Positions 37,001 to 45,512 of a stretch of 45,512 nt of DNA are shown in pieces; the first letter of the stretch is position 1, and the number at the start of each line of letters is the position of its first letter. This stretch comes from a virus (taxonomy: Duplodnaviria; Caudoviricetes). The DNA is taken from positions 1-45,512 of IMG/VR virus record IMGVR_UViG_3300032234_000239; one strand, written 5' to 3'. The notes beneath the pieces are model-generated. The model was given only the letters and a program-made list of their open reading frames with translations, had not been told where the DNA came from and made no database searches. The position numbers were made by a program, and so were the translations under genes.

Positions 37001-38383
37001 GAAAACAATCAGGACAGAGGGCAAACTGCTAACGGCGCAGCAGCGTACTATGTTGTAAACGGATCTACACCAGACAAGAATGTTACAATCTCTGGAGGTT
37101 CTGCTGGAATAGCAATAATGCTAAATCCAACTACTAATGTTGGATATTATTTTGAAATCGCAGCACTTGGTTTAAACAAGTTGTCAGAAAGAGAAAAGCA
37201 GAATGTACAGAATGTGCTGTTCTATAAGATTAAGTCTAATGCTGGAAAGGCAATACCCGTTTCACTATACAAGGGTTTGGCTAAGATTATTGTAGATGAC
37301 GGAAAGTTTACTGGTCAGTCAAGACTGTTTGCTGAAGAAAATCCGACGGTATATGACTTAGCAGTAGAGTATGAGAACATAGGAAAGATAAGAAGATTCT
37401 ACCTATACATAAATGGAACCATGGTAAAGACAGTAGACGATCCAGATCCGCTACCAGAGTATTCCGAGATTGCGCTATTTACTAGAGGCTCCTCAAGAGC
37501 AATGTTTGAGAATGTCTATGCATTGTGCAACAACTACTCTCAGAACACATCCTTCTCATTGGGAACTATTGCCAATTCCGTATTTGCAGATTCAGATATT
37601 GATGCAAGCAACTCTTTTAGAAAGTATGCTCTTAGTGGTCTTATACAAAATACCTACCTTACTGGAATTGGTTCATCAGAACCACCAAAGTATAATATTT
37701 ATTTTGAAGAATTTGGAAGCATAATGAGAGAGGTAGCAGAATTTAGTTTTAGATATGACAAGGCATTTCCAGCACTTACTGCAAAAATCTCTCCAACCTT
37801 TAATAAGATAAAAGGTTTTGTCGTTTCTGGGTTTAGAGCAGGCTCGTATGGCGCAGAGTTTTTGATATTTAATGCAACAGATACTGCTCTTAACTTAGAT
37901 GAGACTAGCGCAAACTATTTAAGAGTTCAGGGAATTACTTTTACTCAGCAGTCCAATAACACCTTAACTGTTGACCAATATTTTACAAAGAACAGTCTTA
38001 TGTCAGACCCAAAGTTTGTTGCAGATAAGTTAATCTCAAATCCTTTTAAGTTCAAGTTAGACTATGAGGACATTAGGTTTAGCAGAATGCAACACGGTAA
38101 AAAAGATTTTTCTTTAGATGCTGCTTACATTCAGTCACAAGATGAGGCATCAGAACTAATGAAATGGATTGTTACAAAAATATCAAAGCCAAGAAAGTCT
38201 CTAGGTGTTAAGATATTCTCTATACCAACAATTCAACTTGGAGATATTGTGAGTTTAGACTACAAAGAAAATGGAATAGATATTGCAGCAAACTCTGCTA
38301 ATAGATTTGTTGTGTACAATATTGATTTTGCAAGAACTCCAAATGGACCAGAGATGCAATTATTCTTAAGCGAGGTGATCTAA
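34091..38383 (+). CDS. Large tail tip/hub protein
   Basis: 1430 aa; VLQDLAVS...MFFDEYNNF and C-terminal PTIQLGDIV hub motifs. Confidence 0.65.
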   Translation: MFEDKDLQSFLETADTVRTKSAVIAELNMNRTNNIRHIGNYRYRPAQPSSIYSSLPTSFDINDAGNFYTGATDADVLIDGTFENDNTPTTFLTKKEKTQVLYSLESCFEKFRPRSGINKAVYFENGKLHYPNMFMADRPRYYMPDKKDKFKYWSSYRTESGKEYGISSKVVGLNNAIEDACPFVVYKEQVPTNRVVVKMQTHTGTEDLGPFSSSTGSFTDPFYGEVNQKVPSRWKIQFLKDNNWQDVISFDPSKRRKDGSAIIKSDGYVEIAYGFIIPDEWISTFVFAEVYSSETLLPEQSVVGYAYLIKENQNDIGKYYIWNGTDYTIITPRYGWYVQDETVDRLTNFLTDATSPDQFLNSLSNKVQYREFEYISGIRIVVDSMTSKDSTFDLIEISPRLVMNLSDKVINYSINKSASDLGLSGLPVGQLVASNGSVNIFDHDQAFNDNNPSSIIAKYVDSHVQFKFYEIIINVKGWDYWVPMKTLYSDSFPKADLENKRISISLRDLYWYLESITAPEILMTEVSVSSAVSLLLDSIGFSNYTFRRVLNEKEMIMPFFFVAPDKSVAQVLQDLAVSTQTAMFFDEYNNFVMMSKDYIMPTKEQRATTFALKGTNDLYEDNEIKNKTLSNAKLANVISVSNEPNAVYNGGSINYTVRHIQRSIGTLRQAGLLEDERMYVYKPALLWEVSGTENTKSINNEVGTQSSYVLAAIPLNSNLSEKVPEVKNGIVINNTFSLGEAVYWITRYNGYFYSSGEIIKYDAVQYNVTGFGNVWISSVEEYQNYFSKLPFNGKIYPTGLVRIYSVPNYFEQEGVLKLKNGPVAKHGRGQFGTEVVAHTAGISDYWKSDDNVKGCSMASEYLFETKTDFPATTVASAGKTLSTGISSDALARTSTRTGLIKNFLSTSLTGEITTKTQQVPGSVQSSAFCLTGPNFTTKDKPRDFISYVHKPLTGKKYKHFGTRVRLVGKIENNQDRGQTANGAAAYYVVNGSTPDKNVTISGGSAGIAIMLNPTTNVGYYFEIAALGLNKLSEREKQNVQNVLFYKIKSNAGKAIPVSLYKGLAKIIVDDGKFTGQSRLFAEENPTVYDLAVEYENIGKIRRFYLYINGTMVKTVDDPDPLPEYSEIALFTRGSSRAMFENVYALCNNYSQNTSFSLGTIANSVFADSDIDASNSFRKYALSGLIQNTYLTGIGSSEPPKYNIYFEEFGSIMREVAEFSFRYDKAFPALTAKISPTFNKIKGFVVSGFRAGSYGAEFLIFNATDTALNLDETSANYLRVQGITFTQQSNNTLTVDQYFTKNSLMSDPKFVADKLISNPFKFKLDYEDIRFSRMQHGKKDFSLDAAYIQSQDEASELMKWIVTKISKPRKSLGVKIFSIPTIQLGDIVSLDYKENGIDIAANSANRFVVYNIDFARTPNGPEMQLFLSEVI

Positions 38384-38919
38384 TGGCAGATACAGGTGCT
38401 TCGGCAACAGCAGGAATTCCAAAGCCAGTAAATACAAATACGTCTGATTCTATAAAAATTGCAACACCAGACCTGCTTATATTTGGAGAGCAGGCTGTTG
38501 CTATTGAAATAATGACAGACCTTATCTTTGAAGATATAGGTGGTTTTGAACTTGCAACAATATCTAGGCATGATTTAGTAAATGGTCAAACAGTAATCTA
38601 CGCACCAATTAAAAATTTGACAGACCTTTATCTACAGTACAATCCAAACAATGTCTTACGACTTCAGTCTGCAGATTCATTCTTTAGTTCCTTGGCTATA
38701 TCGCTTGCTAACTATCTTCCAAGATATGGAAATGGATACGATCTAGTTGGAACAGACCCAGACTTGACAAAAAGAGTAAAGGTCTATAACGGAAAGCCAA
38801 TATATATAGACCCAATAACTGGAGATCTTGTAATTAATCTAATAAACATAAAGGAAAATGAACAGGTAGAGGTTGAAATATTAACTGCTGGGGGTACTTT
38901 TGATGATACAATATACTAA
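38383..38919 (+). CDS. Putative minor tail protein
   Basis: Translationally coupled within the tail module. Confidence 0.45.
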   Translation: MADTGASATAGIPKPVNTNTSDSIKIATPDLLIFGEQAVAIEIMTDLIFEDIGGFELATISRHDLVNGQTVIYAPIKNLTDLYLQYNPNNVLRLQSADSFFSSLAISLANYLPRYGNGYDLVGTDPDLTKRVKVYNGKPIYIDPITGDLVINLINIKENEQVEVEILTAGGTFDDTIY

Positions 38920-38930
38920 GGGAGCAACTA

Positions 38931-40094
38931 ATGATAACTAATGTAGGTAAAAATATTTTGGCAAAGTACCTTGTTGGACAAACCACGTCTTATGCATCTC
39001 ACATTGCTATAGGGTGTGGAGCAAAGCCAGTTGCTTCTGATCATAATTTTAGCCCATCCGAACTAAATGCTATTAGAGATAAAGATTCTTTAGACTTTGA
39101 AATGATTCGTATGCCAATAGTTTCAAGAGGATTTATTAATGAGGATGGATTATCTAAGGTTGTATTTACTGCAGAACTTCCAAGCCAAGAAAGATACGAA
39201 ATTACAGAAGTAGGCATATTTTCTGCAGCATCAAATCCAGTAGCAGGAGCATTTGATAGCAGGGTTATCTATTCTTTTTCAGATACAGACAACTGGAGAT
39301 ACAGTGTTGATGGAGACTCACCCGTTAATATTTTTTCAGAGTACAGACCACTAGATGGAGAAAACAATAACGGAAACATAATTCAAACACCAAAGGTTTT
39401 TTCAACAAATGCAGACAATAGAATTTTTACAGATGAAGATAGAGTCAATAGAAATGAAAGATGTAGATTTTTAAATAATATTATTGCAATGAGAGGCGAC
39501 ACATCAACCCTATCCTATAATCAGCAAGGCAGCATGGTTCCACTGACTGGCTCAGACTATATCATCTTAGATCCAACCTCTGTAGACTTTACTAAAAATA
39601 GCCCACTGGACGAACTTAGGCTTGCATTTTCTATTGTAAATAGAGTTGCAAACTCTTTAACTGTTCCAGACAATGTTAAAATATTGTTAGAGTTTTCTCA
39701 CACCCTAGCAGGACAGGGCGTTCAGTATGCAAAGTTTGTGGTAGACATTGATGATATTGGGCATGAAGATGGAACATCAGAAGATACACATGATTTTACA
39801 AACAACAGATATGTTGTAGTGAATAAAACTTTTCAAGAACTGGATAAAAGTTTGAGGTTTAGGTGGGCTGATGTTTCTGTAGCAAAGATTTATGTTTCTG
39901 TTACTAAAGACAATTTAGCAACAGACTCTTTTTATGTTTGTTTGGATGCCTTGAGACTTGAAAATAATACAGCAACAAACTCTTTATACGGACTAACAGG
40001 ATATTCTGTAATTAAAAATGTACAGTCTAGACCAATAGTTAAGTCAGAAAATACTACAAACTATATAGAGTTTAGATTTGCATTGGATGTTTAA
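38931..40094 (+). CDS. Putative baseplate/fibre-attachment protein
   Basis: MITNVGKNIL...HIAIG...FTAEL...ITEVGIF resembles fibre N-terminal/baseplate domains; TGATACAAT at 38904-38912. Confidence 0.55.
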   Translation: MITNVGKNILAKYLVGQTTSYASHIAIGCGAKPVASDHNFSPSELNAIRDKDSLDFEMIRMPIVSRGFINEDGLSKVVFTAELPSQERYEITEVGIFSAASNPVAGAFDSRVIYSFSDTDNWRYSVDGDSPVNIFSEYRPLDGENNNGNIIQTPKVFSTNADNRIFTDEDRVNRNERCRFLNNIIAMRGDTSTLSYNQQGSMVPLTGSDYIILDPTSVDFTKNSPLDELRLAFSIVNRVANSLTVPDNVKILLEFSHTLAGQGVQYAKFVVDIDDIGHEDGTSEDTHDFTNNRYVVVNKTFQELDKSLRFRWADVSVAKIYVSVTKDNLATDSFYVCLDALRLENNTATNSLYGLTGYSVIKNVQSRPIVKSENTTNYIEFRFALDV

Positions 40095-40096
40095 TT

Positions 40097-40534
40097 ATGG
40101 CAATCACACCAGATCCTGGAATTAAAAATGTTATTATCAAGAAAGGCTTACTAGGGAAAGTAACAGAAAACAATAAGACTGTTTTAAGATTTAGAATAGT
40201 TTCAGAAGACAAAAATAGAAAGTCTGCCTACTCTCCAATATTCTTTGCTGAGTCAGAAGATGTAACTCTTGGCACTGGAGATCTAAGGCAACTTGGAAAC
40301 ACAATGTTTCTTAGTTGGGATCCTGGGAATCTTTCTACACAAATACTATATGATATTTTTGTAGGCTTTGATTCTTCTACTCCAACCTACAGAGCAACAA
40401 CTGGGTCTACTAATTATTCATTTTTAAAAACTGGAACAACATCTGTCCAGGCTATTGTTCAAGTATCTTCAATAAATCCAAAACTAAACGACACATTAAA
40501 GATTTACGATTCTGGAACTGAGAGTCTGGTATAA
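40097..40534 (+). CDS. Putative minor tail protein (FN3/Ig-like fragment)
   Basis: Beta-rich, LSWDP...YDIFV; tail module context. Confidence 0.45.
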   Translation: MAITPDPGIKNVIIKKGLLGKVTENNKTVLRFRIVSEDKNRKSAYSPIFFAESEDVTLGTGDLRQLGNTMFLSWDPGNLSTQILYDIFVGFDSSTPTYRATTGSTNYSFLKTGTTSVQAIVQVSSINPKLNDTLKIYDSGTESLV

Positions 40535-40535
40535 T
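40527..40535 (+). promoter_or_regulatory. Extended -10 promoter TGGTATAAT overlapping the upstream stop, leaderless
   Basis: Lies 6 nt before ATG 40542; no SD. Confidence 0.65.
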
Positions 40536-40541
40536 TATATT

Positions 40542-40988
40542 ATGGCAATTTTACCAGTACCAGAACGAGGACAGCCCTTAGACGTAACTTACATCTATCA
40601 GATTGTTAAGGCTGTTAATGATCTATCGACTCAGGCTTCTACGTCTATAAACAAATATGTTACCGTGGATACTCCAAATGCAGGAAAACAAAGTGTGAAA
40701 ACCTCAGAGGCAAGAGTTATTGGTGGGTATGTTCAAGTTACAAATGGTGTAAGCCAAACTGCTGGATCATCTCTTGCATTTTCTTATTCTTTTCCAACTG
40801 AGTTTAAGTTTTCTCCAATAGTCACAGCAACTCCTGTAAGCGTTGGAAATGCGTCTGATGCTGGAAAAGATGTTGTTGTTACCCTTTCTAGCGTAACGAC
40901 TTCAAGCGTAGAAGGATCAGTTAAATTTAATATCGGCGGAATAACAAGTGTTGGTATTAACCTTATTGCAATAGGTATCCCTAACTGA
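40542..40988 (+). CDS. Small tail fibre/tip protein (H-type lectin/gp53-like C-terminal domain)
   Basis: YSFPTEFKFSPIVTATP...VTTSS...LIAIG pattern. Confidence 0.55.
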   Translation: MAILPVPERGQPLDVTYIYQIVKAVNDLSTQASTSINKYVTVDTPNAGKQSVKTSEARVIGGYVQVTNGVSQTAGSSLAFSYSFPTEFKFSPIVTATPVSVGNASDAGKDVVVTLSSVTTSSVEGSVKFNIGGITSVGINLIAIGIPN

Positions 40989-41179
40989 TGATTTTTTGTA
41001 AAAGATGCAAAGGCAGAATGTTTATAGACAGACAGTATACAGAGATAAATAATCTAGAAATGTACTGCATGTCTTGCGGAGCAAGATCTTATTTCCATCC
41101 ACCAAGTAATTCTCAGGAGGGCAAGTGGCTATTAAAAAGGGAACAATTGAGAGCGAAGGCTACAATGTCCTCCCTGTAA
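40988..41179 (+). CDS. Small Zn-ribbon protein
   Basis: CKRC...CMSCG. Confidence 0.7.
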   Translation: MIFCKRCKGRMFIDRQYTEINNLEMYCMSCGARSYFHPPSNSQEGKWLLKREQLRAKATMSSL

Positions 41180-41667
41180 TACCAGGGAATAAAAAGGTTT
41201 GGTTTTTAAATGGAGACTTGGTAAGAATCCACCATCTAAATAAATCTAATGGAATTATGTCTGTTTACAATATAACAAAAGACCAGATTGAAAGTTGTTT
41301 AATTAGTGATTTTAAAAATAAAAGAGAACGAGCATATACTGTAGGTCAGACTGCTGATTTAGTTAATCGTCATAAAAAGTACATGCCATCATTAATGAAA
41401 CGAGGAGTCATTCCATTTCCAACGGGATCACAAAAAGGTGGAGCAAGAGGATTCCAGGTAAGATCATATTACTCAGAATCACAAGTAAGAGAGATTCGTG
41501 ATATACTTGCTTCATACCATATTGGTAGACCAAGAAAAGATAAGTTAATCACAAACGATATTACGCCTAGTAAGCAAGAGTTGACACGCAGAATGGGCGA
41601 TGGTATACTTACTTATAGAAGAACTGAAGATGGACGATTTGTTCCAATTTGGAATGAATCTATTTAA
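41125..41667 (+). CDS. MerR-like helix-turn-helix DNA-binding protein
   Basis: YTVGQTADLVNRHKKYM...GVIP...RSYYSESQV; SD GGAGG before GTG. Confidence 0.65.
   Translation: MAIKKGTIESEGYNVLPVIPGNKKVWFLNGDLVRIHHLNKSNGIMSVYNITKDQIESCLISDFKNKRERAYTVGQTADLVNRHKKYMPSLMKRGVIPFPTGSQKGGARGFQVRSYYSESQVREIRDILASYHIGRPRKDKLITNDITPSKQELTRRMGDGILTYRRTEDGRFVPIWNESI
41581..41609 (+). promoter_or_regulatory. Near-consensus sigma70/SigA promoter TTGACA-N17-TATACT with extended TG
   Basis: -35 at 41581-41586 and -10 at 41604-41609, inside the 3' end of the HTH gene, upstream of the replication operon. Confidence 0.75.
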
Positions 41668-41680
41668 CGAAGGGTATAAA

Positions 41681-41914
41681 ATGCAAAACGATTCAAGTTA
41701 CGTAGTAACAAATGAACCAACAAAGGTATCTGTAACACTTGGATACACACTGAACCTAGGAAACTTTCAATCACTAAGACTTGACCTTGGTATTGTAGAT
41801 TCAAAGCGTGATGGAGAAAATACAGATCAGGCTTTTGAGCGTGTCTACAAGTTTGTTGAAGACAAGTTAACTGCTAAGATTTTGGAAGCACAAAGCGAGG
41901 CTGAAGAAAAGTAA
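41681..41914 (+). CDS. Hypothetical phage protein (start revised from 41600)
   Basis: SD-like GAAGGG; VSVTLGYTLNLGNFQSLRLD. Confidence 0.6.
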   Translation: MQNDSSYVVTNEPTKVSVTLGYTLNLGNFQSLRLDLGIVDSKRDGENTDQAFERVYKFVEDKLTAKILEAQSEAEEK

Positions 41915-42222
41915 TGGCCGAACGCAAAGACCGTATGGCTTTGCTTTCAAGATACAGCAAGTATCATACCGCAAGGTACGAATCAAAGCCATCCCTTAAC
42001 TTAAATGTAGAGCAGTGGGCTTCAGATGCCCTTGTAGAGTCATACACATTGCCAGGATGCTACGATATACTTGAGTATTACTTTTCAGTTGCAGAGAACC
42101 CTTCTTGGAACTACTTTGCATATAACGCAGAAAAAATATTACAGGCACAAAAAGATAAACTTAAAGACAACCAAGAGAGAGCAGAGCGTAGAAGAATGGC
42201 AAAGGAGTGGCTAAGTGAATAA
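41914..42222 (+). CDS. Hypothetical protein preceding helicase
   Basis: TAATG coupling; overlaps the dnaB start. Confidence 0.6.
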   Translation: MAERKDRMALLSRYSKYHTARYESKPSLNLNVEQWASDALVESYTLPGCYDILEYYFSVAENPSWNYFAYNAEKILQAQKDKLKDNQERAERRRMAKEWLSE

Positions 42223-43435
42223 TACAGAGTCCAAACTAATTACTGCAGTTCTTCAAGATAAGCAGATTCACGTTCTGCTACAGGCAAACGTAGACAGCCT
42301 TTTAAGAACGCATGGAGACATTTGGAATTTTGTTAGACTTTATTTTGAAAACAATTCATCCCTACCACCTGTAGACTTAGTAAGAGAAAAGTTTCGTGAC
42401 TTTGATCCAGTGCCAGGTGTTGGTGCTACAAAGCATCATCTTGAAGAGTTGCAGGGAGAATACCTAAGAGATAGCCTAAAAGATATTTTAAGATCTGCTG
42501 CAACAGATGTTCAGCAAGGTGAAGGCAACAAGGCTTTGGAAAGCCTTATTACAAAAACATCAGAACTAAAAAAGAACACTGCTGCTATTCGTGACATTGA
42601 TGTAACGGATCTGGAGTCTGCGATTGCTTACTTTGAAAATGTAAAGAAGCAACAAGCCCTAGGTCACATCGGTATCAAGACTGGTTTGCCAGGATTTGAT
42701 AACTATTTGCCATCTGGAATTATGCCAGGGCAGTTAGGGGTCTTCTTGGCATACCCAGGTATCGGAAAGTCATGGTTGGCTCTCTACTTCGCTGTACAGG
42801 CCTGGAAACAGGGTAAGACACCCCTTGTAATCTCTCTTGAGATGTCTGAGACAGAAGTTCGTAATCGTGTGTTTACAATTATGGGCGAAGGTCGTTGGTC
42901 ACATCGTAAGATTAGCAATGGTGAGATTGAGATTGATATGCTCAAAGAATGGCATGCCAAAAATCTTCAGGGCAAGCCAGAGTTTCATATTATCTCAAAT
43001 GACCAAGGTGGAGAAATCAATCCATCAGTTCTTCGTGGAAAGATTGATCAGTACAAGCCAGACTTCGTAATCGTTGACTACCTACAGTTGATGGCTCCTA
43101 ATCAGAAGTCAGATAATGAAACGGTACGAATGAAGAACCTTTCACGAGAACTTAAACTAATGGCTATTGGTGAAGAGGTTCCTATCATTGCTATCTCATC
43201 TGCAACACCAGATGACGTTAATGACCTTTCTACGGTACCTACCCTTGGTCAGACAGCATGGTCTAGACAGATTGCCTATGATGCTGACTGGGTGCTTGCT
43301 CTGGGCCGTGGAACAAATAGCGATATTATTGAGTGTGCCTTTAGAAAGAATCGTAATGGATTTATGGGTGACTTCCTGGTCCAGTGCGACTTTGACAAGG
43401 GATACTATAGATATAAAGACTTTGAAGATAAGTAG
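42215..43435 (+). CDS. dnaB: Replicative DnaB-like (SF4) helicase
   Basis: Walker A AYPGIGKS, SLEMS, VIVDYLQLM, SRELKLMA, YDAD, KNRNG. Confidence 0.93.
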   Translation: MNNTESKLITAVLQDKQIHVLLQANVDSLLRTHGDIWNFVRLYFENNSSLPPVDLVREKFRDFDPVPGVGATKHHLEELQGEYLRDSLKDILRSAATDVQQGEGNKALESLITKTSELKKNTAAIRDIDVTDLESAIAYFENVKKQQALGHIGIKTGLPGFDNYLPSGIMPGQLGVFLAYPGIGKSWLALYFAVQAWKQGKTPLVISLEMSETEVRNRVFTIMGEGRWSHRKISNGEIEIDMLKEWHAKNLQGKPEFHIISNDQGGEINPSVLRGKIDQYKPDFVIVDYLQLMAPNQKSDNETVRMKNLSRELKLMAIGEEVPIIAISSATPDDVNDLSTVPTLGQTAWSRQIAYDADWVLALGRGTNSDIIECAFRKNRNGFMGDFLVQCDFDKGYYRYKDFEDK

Positions 43436-43447
43436 GTATAATATGGT

Positions 43448-43819
43448 ATGTCTAAAAATAAGGAGAATATTCCTCCAGATTTCTATCACCATAAGCCACT
43501 TAAAAAGTTTTATATCAGTGGCGTGATACAAGACGACGCCCTGCTTGGAAGATTAAAGATAGAGTATATAAGATTATTAGTTTCAGAGATGAGGTTGAGT
43601 GGGTATGTTCCAAGAATTGACTTTGACCCAGACTTCACCTTACGCTATAATAGTAGTAAAGACTTTTTTGAATTTGAATTATCAATACACGGAGTTTACG
43701 CAGGGAAAAGGAAGAGCGAATGGATAGCAGGAATAGACGGAACCAATCCAGTCCCTATACAGCCGAACAAGTCAAGCGAGTCATTACAGGATCAGGAACA
43801 ACAATCGAGTCAGAACTAG
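43448..43819 (+). CDS. Hypothetical protein, probably leaderless
   Basis: TATAAT (43437-43442) lies 5 nt before the ATG; the 3' end overlaps the primase start. Confidence 0.55.
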   Translation: MSKNKENIPPDFYHHKPLKKFYISGVIQDDALLGRLKIEYIRLLVSEMRLSGYVPRIDFDPDFTLRYNSSKDFFEFELSIHGVYAGKRKSEWIAGIDGTNPVPIQPNKSSESLQDQEQQSSQN

Positions 43820-44664
43820 ATGCTGACTTTATAATCTTTTGTCCATTTCACAACAATCATAGAACCCCAGCAGGAGAAGTTCATAAAACTAACGGAATGT
43901 TCTTCTGCTTTTCTTGTCAGAAGTCTGCAGATTTAATAGAGTTGATAATGCACACATCTGGAAGAACATATTTTGAAGCAGCAAGGTTTATAAAGAGCAA
44001 AGAAAAAGAAAGTAACCTTGCAGTAGAAATTGATCGTGCTTTAATAAAAGAAGAACAGTATAAGCCTTTTGATGAACTAATTATTAAGCGTCTTCACAAT
44101 AACCTTCTTTCTTCTGAAAGACCAAAAAACTATTTCCAATATCGCAAACTAAATCCTCAGTCTTGGTCAAAGTTTTCTTTAGGATATTCTGAAAAGCAAG
44201 ATATGGTTACTGTCCCAGTTCATAGCCCAGACGGAGTACCTCTTGGCTTTGTTGGAAGATCTATTGAGGGAAAAGATTTTAAAAATACTCCAGGTCTTCC
44301 AAAAAGCAAAACACTTTTTAATTTGCATCGTGTAAAGAAATCTGATATAGTATATGTAGTAGAATCTTCGTTTGATGTAATCAGACTAGATCAGTTAGGC
44401 ATACCTGCAGTGGCAACCCTAGGGGCTAATGTGTCAGGGAAACAAATAGAATTGCTTCAAAAGTATTTCAATAACATACTGGTTATTGCAGATAACGATG
44501 AGGCAGGAGGAAATATGAAAGACAGGATAATTGAAAAACTTGGCTCTCGTGTTTCTGTTATACAACTAAATACAAAATACAAAGACATAGGCGATATGCC
44601 AGATGAAGAAATTATGAGTTTAAGTTCTTCGTTTGACAAAACCATAGAGTCTATGCTAAACTAA
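43720..44664 (+). CDS. dnaG: DNA primase (CHC2 zinc finger + TOPRIM)
   Basis: CPFH...CFSC, GFVGR, VVESSFD, ATLG, DNDEAG. Confidence 0.9.
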   Translation: MDSRNRRNQSSPYTAEQVKRVITGSGTTIESELDADFIIFCPFHNNHRTPAGEVHKTNGMFFCFSCQKSADLIELIMHTSGRTYFEAARFIKSKEKESNLAVEIDRALIKEEQYKPFDELIIKRLHNNLLSSERPKNYFQYRKLNPQSWSKFSLGYSEKQDMVTVPVHSPDGVPLGFVGRSIEGKDFKNTPGLPKSKTLFNLHRVKKSDIVYVVESSFDVIRLDQLGIPAVATLGANVSGKQIELLQKYFNNILVIADNDEAGGNMKDRIIEKLGSRVSVIQLNTKYKDIGDMPDEEIMSLSSSFDKTIESMLN

Positions 44665-44689
44665 TATAAACAACACAAAGGAGAAAAAT

Positions 44690-45346
44690 ATGAGCATTGT
44701 AAAGGGAATCAAGAACATCAACGCCCTGCTCGACAGACCAAAGTACGAAAACGACGGGCCAAAAGTAAAGTGGCTTAAACTTGCAGATGGTCAATCTGTG
44801 AAGATCCGATTCATTGAAGAACTCGATGAGGACTCTGCAAACTATAACGAAAAGCGTGGACTAGCACTTGTTGTTAAGGAGCACGTAAATCCAAAGGACT
44901 ACAAGCGTAAGGCTGTAGACACAATGGAATCAGAAGGCCGTGACTGGGCAGAAGAAATGCACCGCAAGGATCCAAAGGCAGGATGGCGTGGCCGTCTTCG
45001 CTTCTACTGCAACGTACTGGTTGACGATGGAATCGAAGCACCATATGTTGCAATCTGGTCAATGGGTATCAGCAAGCAGTCATCATTCAATACAATTCGT
45101 GAGTATGCACTAGAAACAGGAAGCATCTCAAACGTAATCTGGAAGTTAAAGCGTAATGGTCAGGGAACTGAAACCAATTACACACTTATTCCATCAGCAC
45201 CAGATAAGGAACCATTTGATTGGAAAGATATCGAACCTTATCCTTTGGAGTCAGCACTAAAGAAGATTCCATACGCAGAACAAGAAGCGTTCTACTTGGG
45301 CTTTGATGGCCCATCTACTACCTCAGCAACAAACGCTGATTGGTAA
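44690..45346 (+). CDS. Putative single-stranded DNA-binding protein (gp32-like)
   Basis: WLKLADGQSVKIRF...KRNGQGTETNY; lies between primase and polymerase; SD AAGGAG and TGCTAAACT at 44654-44662. Confidence 0.65.
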   Translation: MSIVKGIKNINALLDRPKYENDGPKVKWLKLADGQSVKIRFIEELDEDSANYNEKRGLALVVKEHVNPKDYKRKAVDTMESEGRDWAEEMHRKDPKAGWRGRLRFYCNVLVDDGIEAPYVAIWSMGISKQSSFNTIREYALETGSISNVIWKLKRNGQGTETNYTLIPSAPDKEPFDWKDIEPYPLESALKKIPYAEQEAFYLGFDGPSTTSATNADW

Positions 45347-45347
45347 T

Positions 45348-45512
45348 ATGAACTACGTCGGCTTACATGTCCATACCCATTTTAGTTTGTTTGATGGGAT
45401 TGCTACTCCAGAAGAATACGTGAACCGTGCAGTTGAGTTAGGGATGCCAGCAATTGCCATCACTGACCACGGTACTTTATCTGGGCATAGGGAACTGCAC
45501 CGTATTGCAAAA
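45348..45512 (+). CDS. dnaE: DNA polymerase III alpha subunit, N-terminal PHP domain (3'-truncated; absent from the ORF track)
   Basis: Manual translation MNYVGLHVHTHFSLFDG...GMPAIAITDHG. Confidence 0.88.
   Translation, partial: MNYVGLHVHTHFSLFDGIATPEEYVNRAVELGMPAIAITDHGTLSGHRELHRIAK

Noticed and set aside
1-45512. tRNA, rRNA, integrase or lysis genes
   Set aside because: None were recognisable. Intergenic gaps are short and are accounted for by promoters and terminators.

Overview
AT-rich, gene-dense, single-stranded-coding (+) fragment of a tailed dsDNA phage with siphovirus-type gene order. The host is probably a low-GC freshwater Actinobacterium, inferred from leaderless genes and gene content. 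Order: end of a tail-fibre-like gene; an FN3-domain protein ending in a 79-residue Pro/Phe repeat plus a six-Cys tip; an approximately 7 kb cassette with seven prolyl-4-hydroxylase-like 2OG-Fe(II) oxygenases and two DUF6065-like proteins; class II ribonucleotide reductase; head module (portal, protease with nested scaffold, major capsid); neck and tail module (major tail protein, two paralogous tail chaperones, 2990-aa tape measure, tail-tip proteins); replication module (MerR-like HTH, DnaB, primase, SSB, start of DnaE). The most interesting candidate system is the (P)PFF-repeat protein and its adjacent hydroxylase array, a possible phage-encoded post-translational modification pathway. Also notable: tail chaperones G/GT apparently made by gene duplication rather than frameshifting, a nested scaffold gene with its own promoter, and a recurrent TGnTAnAnT promoter that drives leaderless genes. 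All family calls come from motif recognition by eye; no database search was run.
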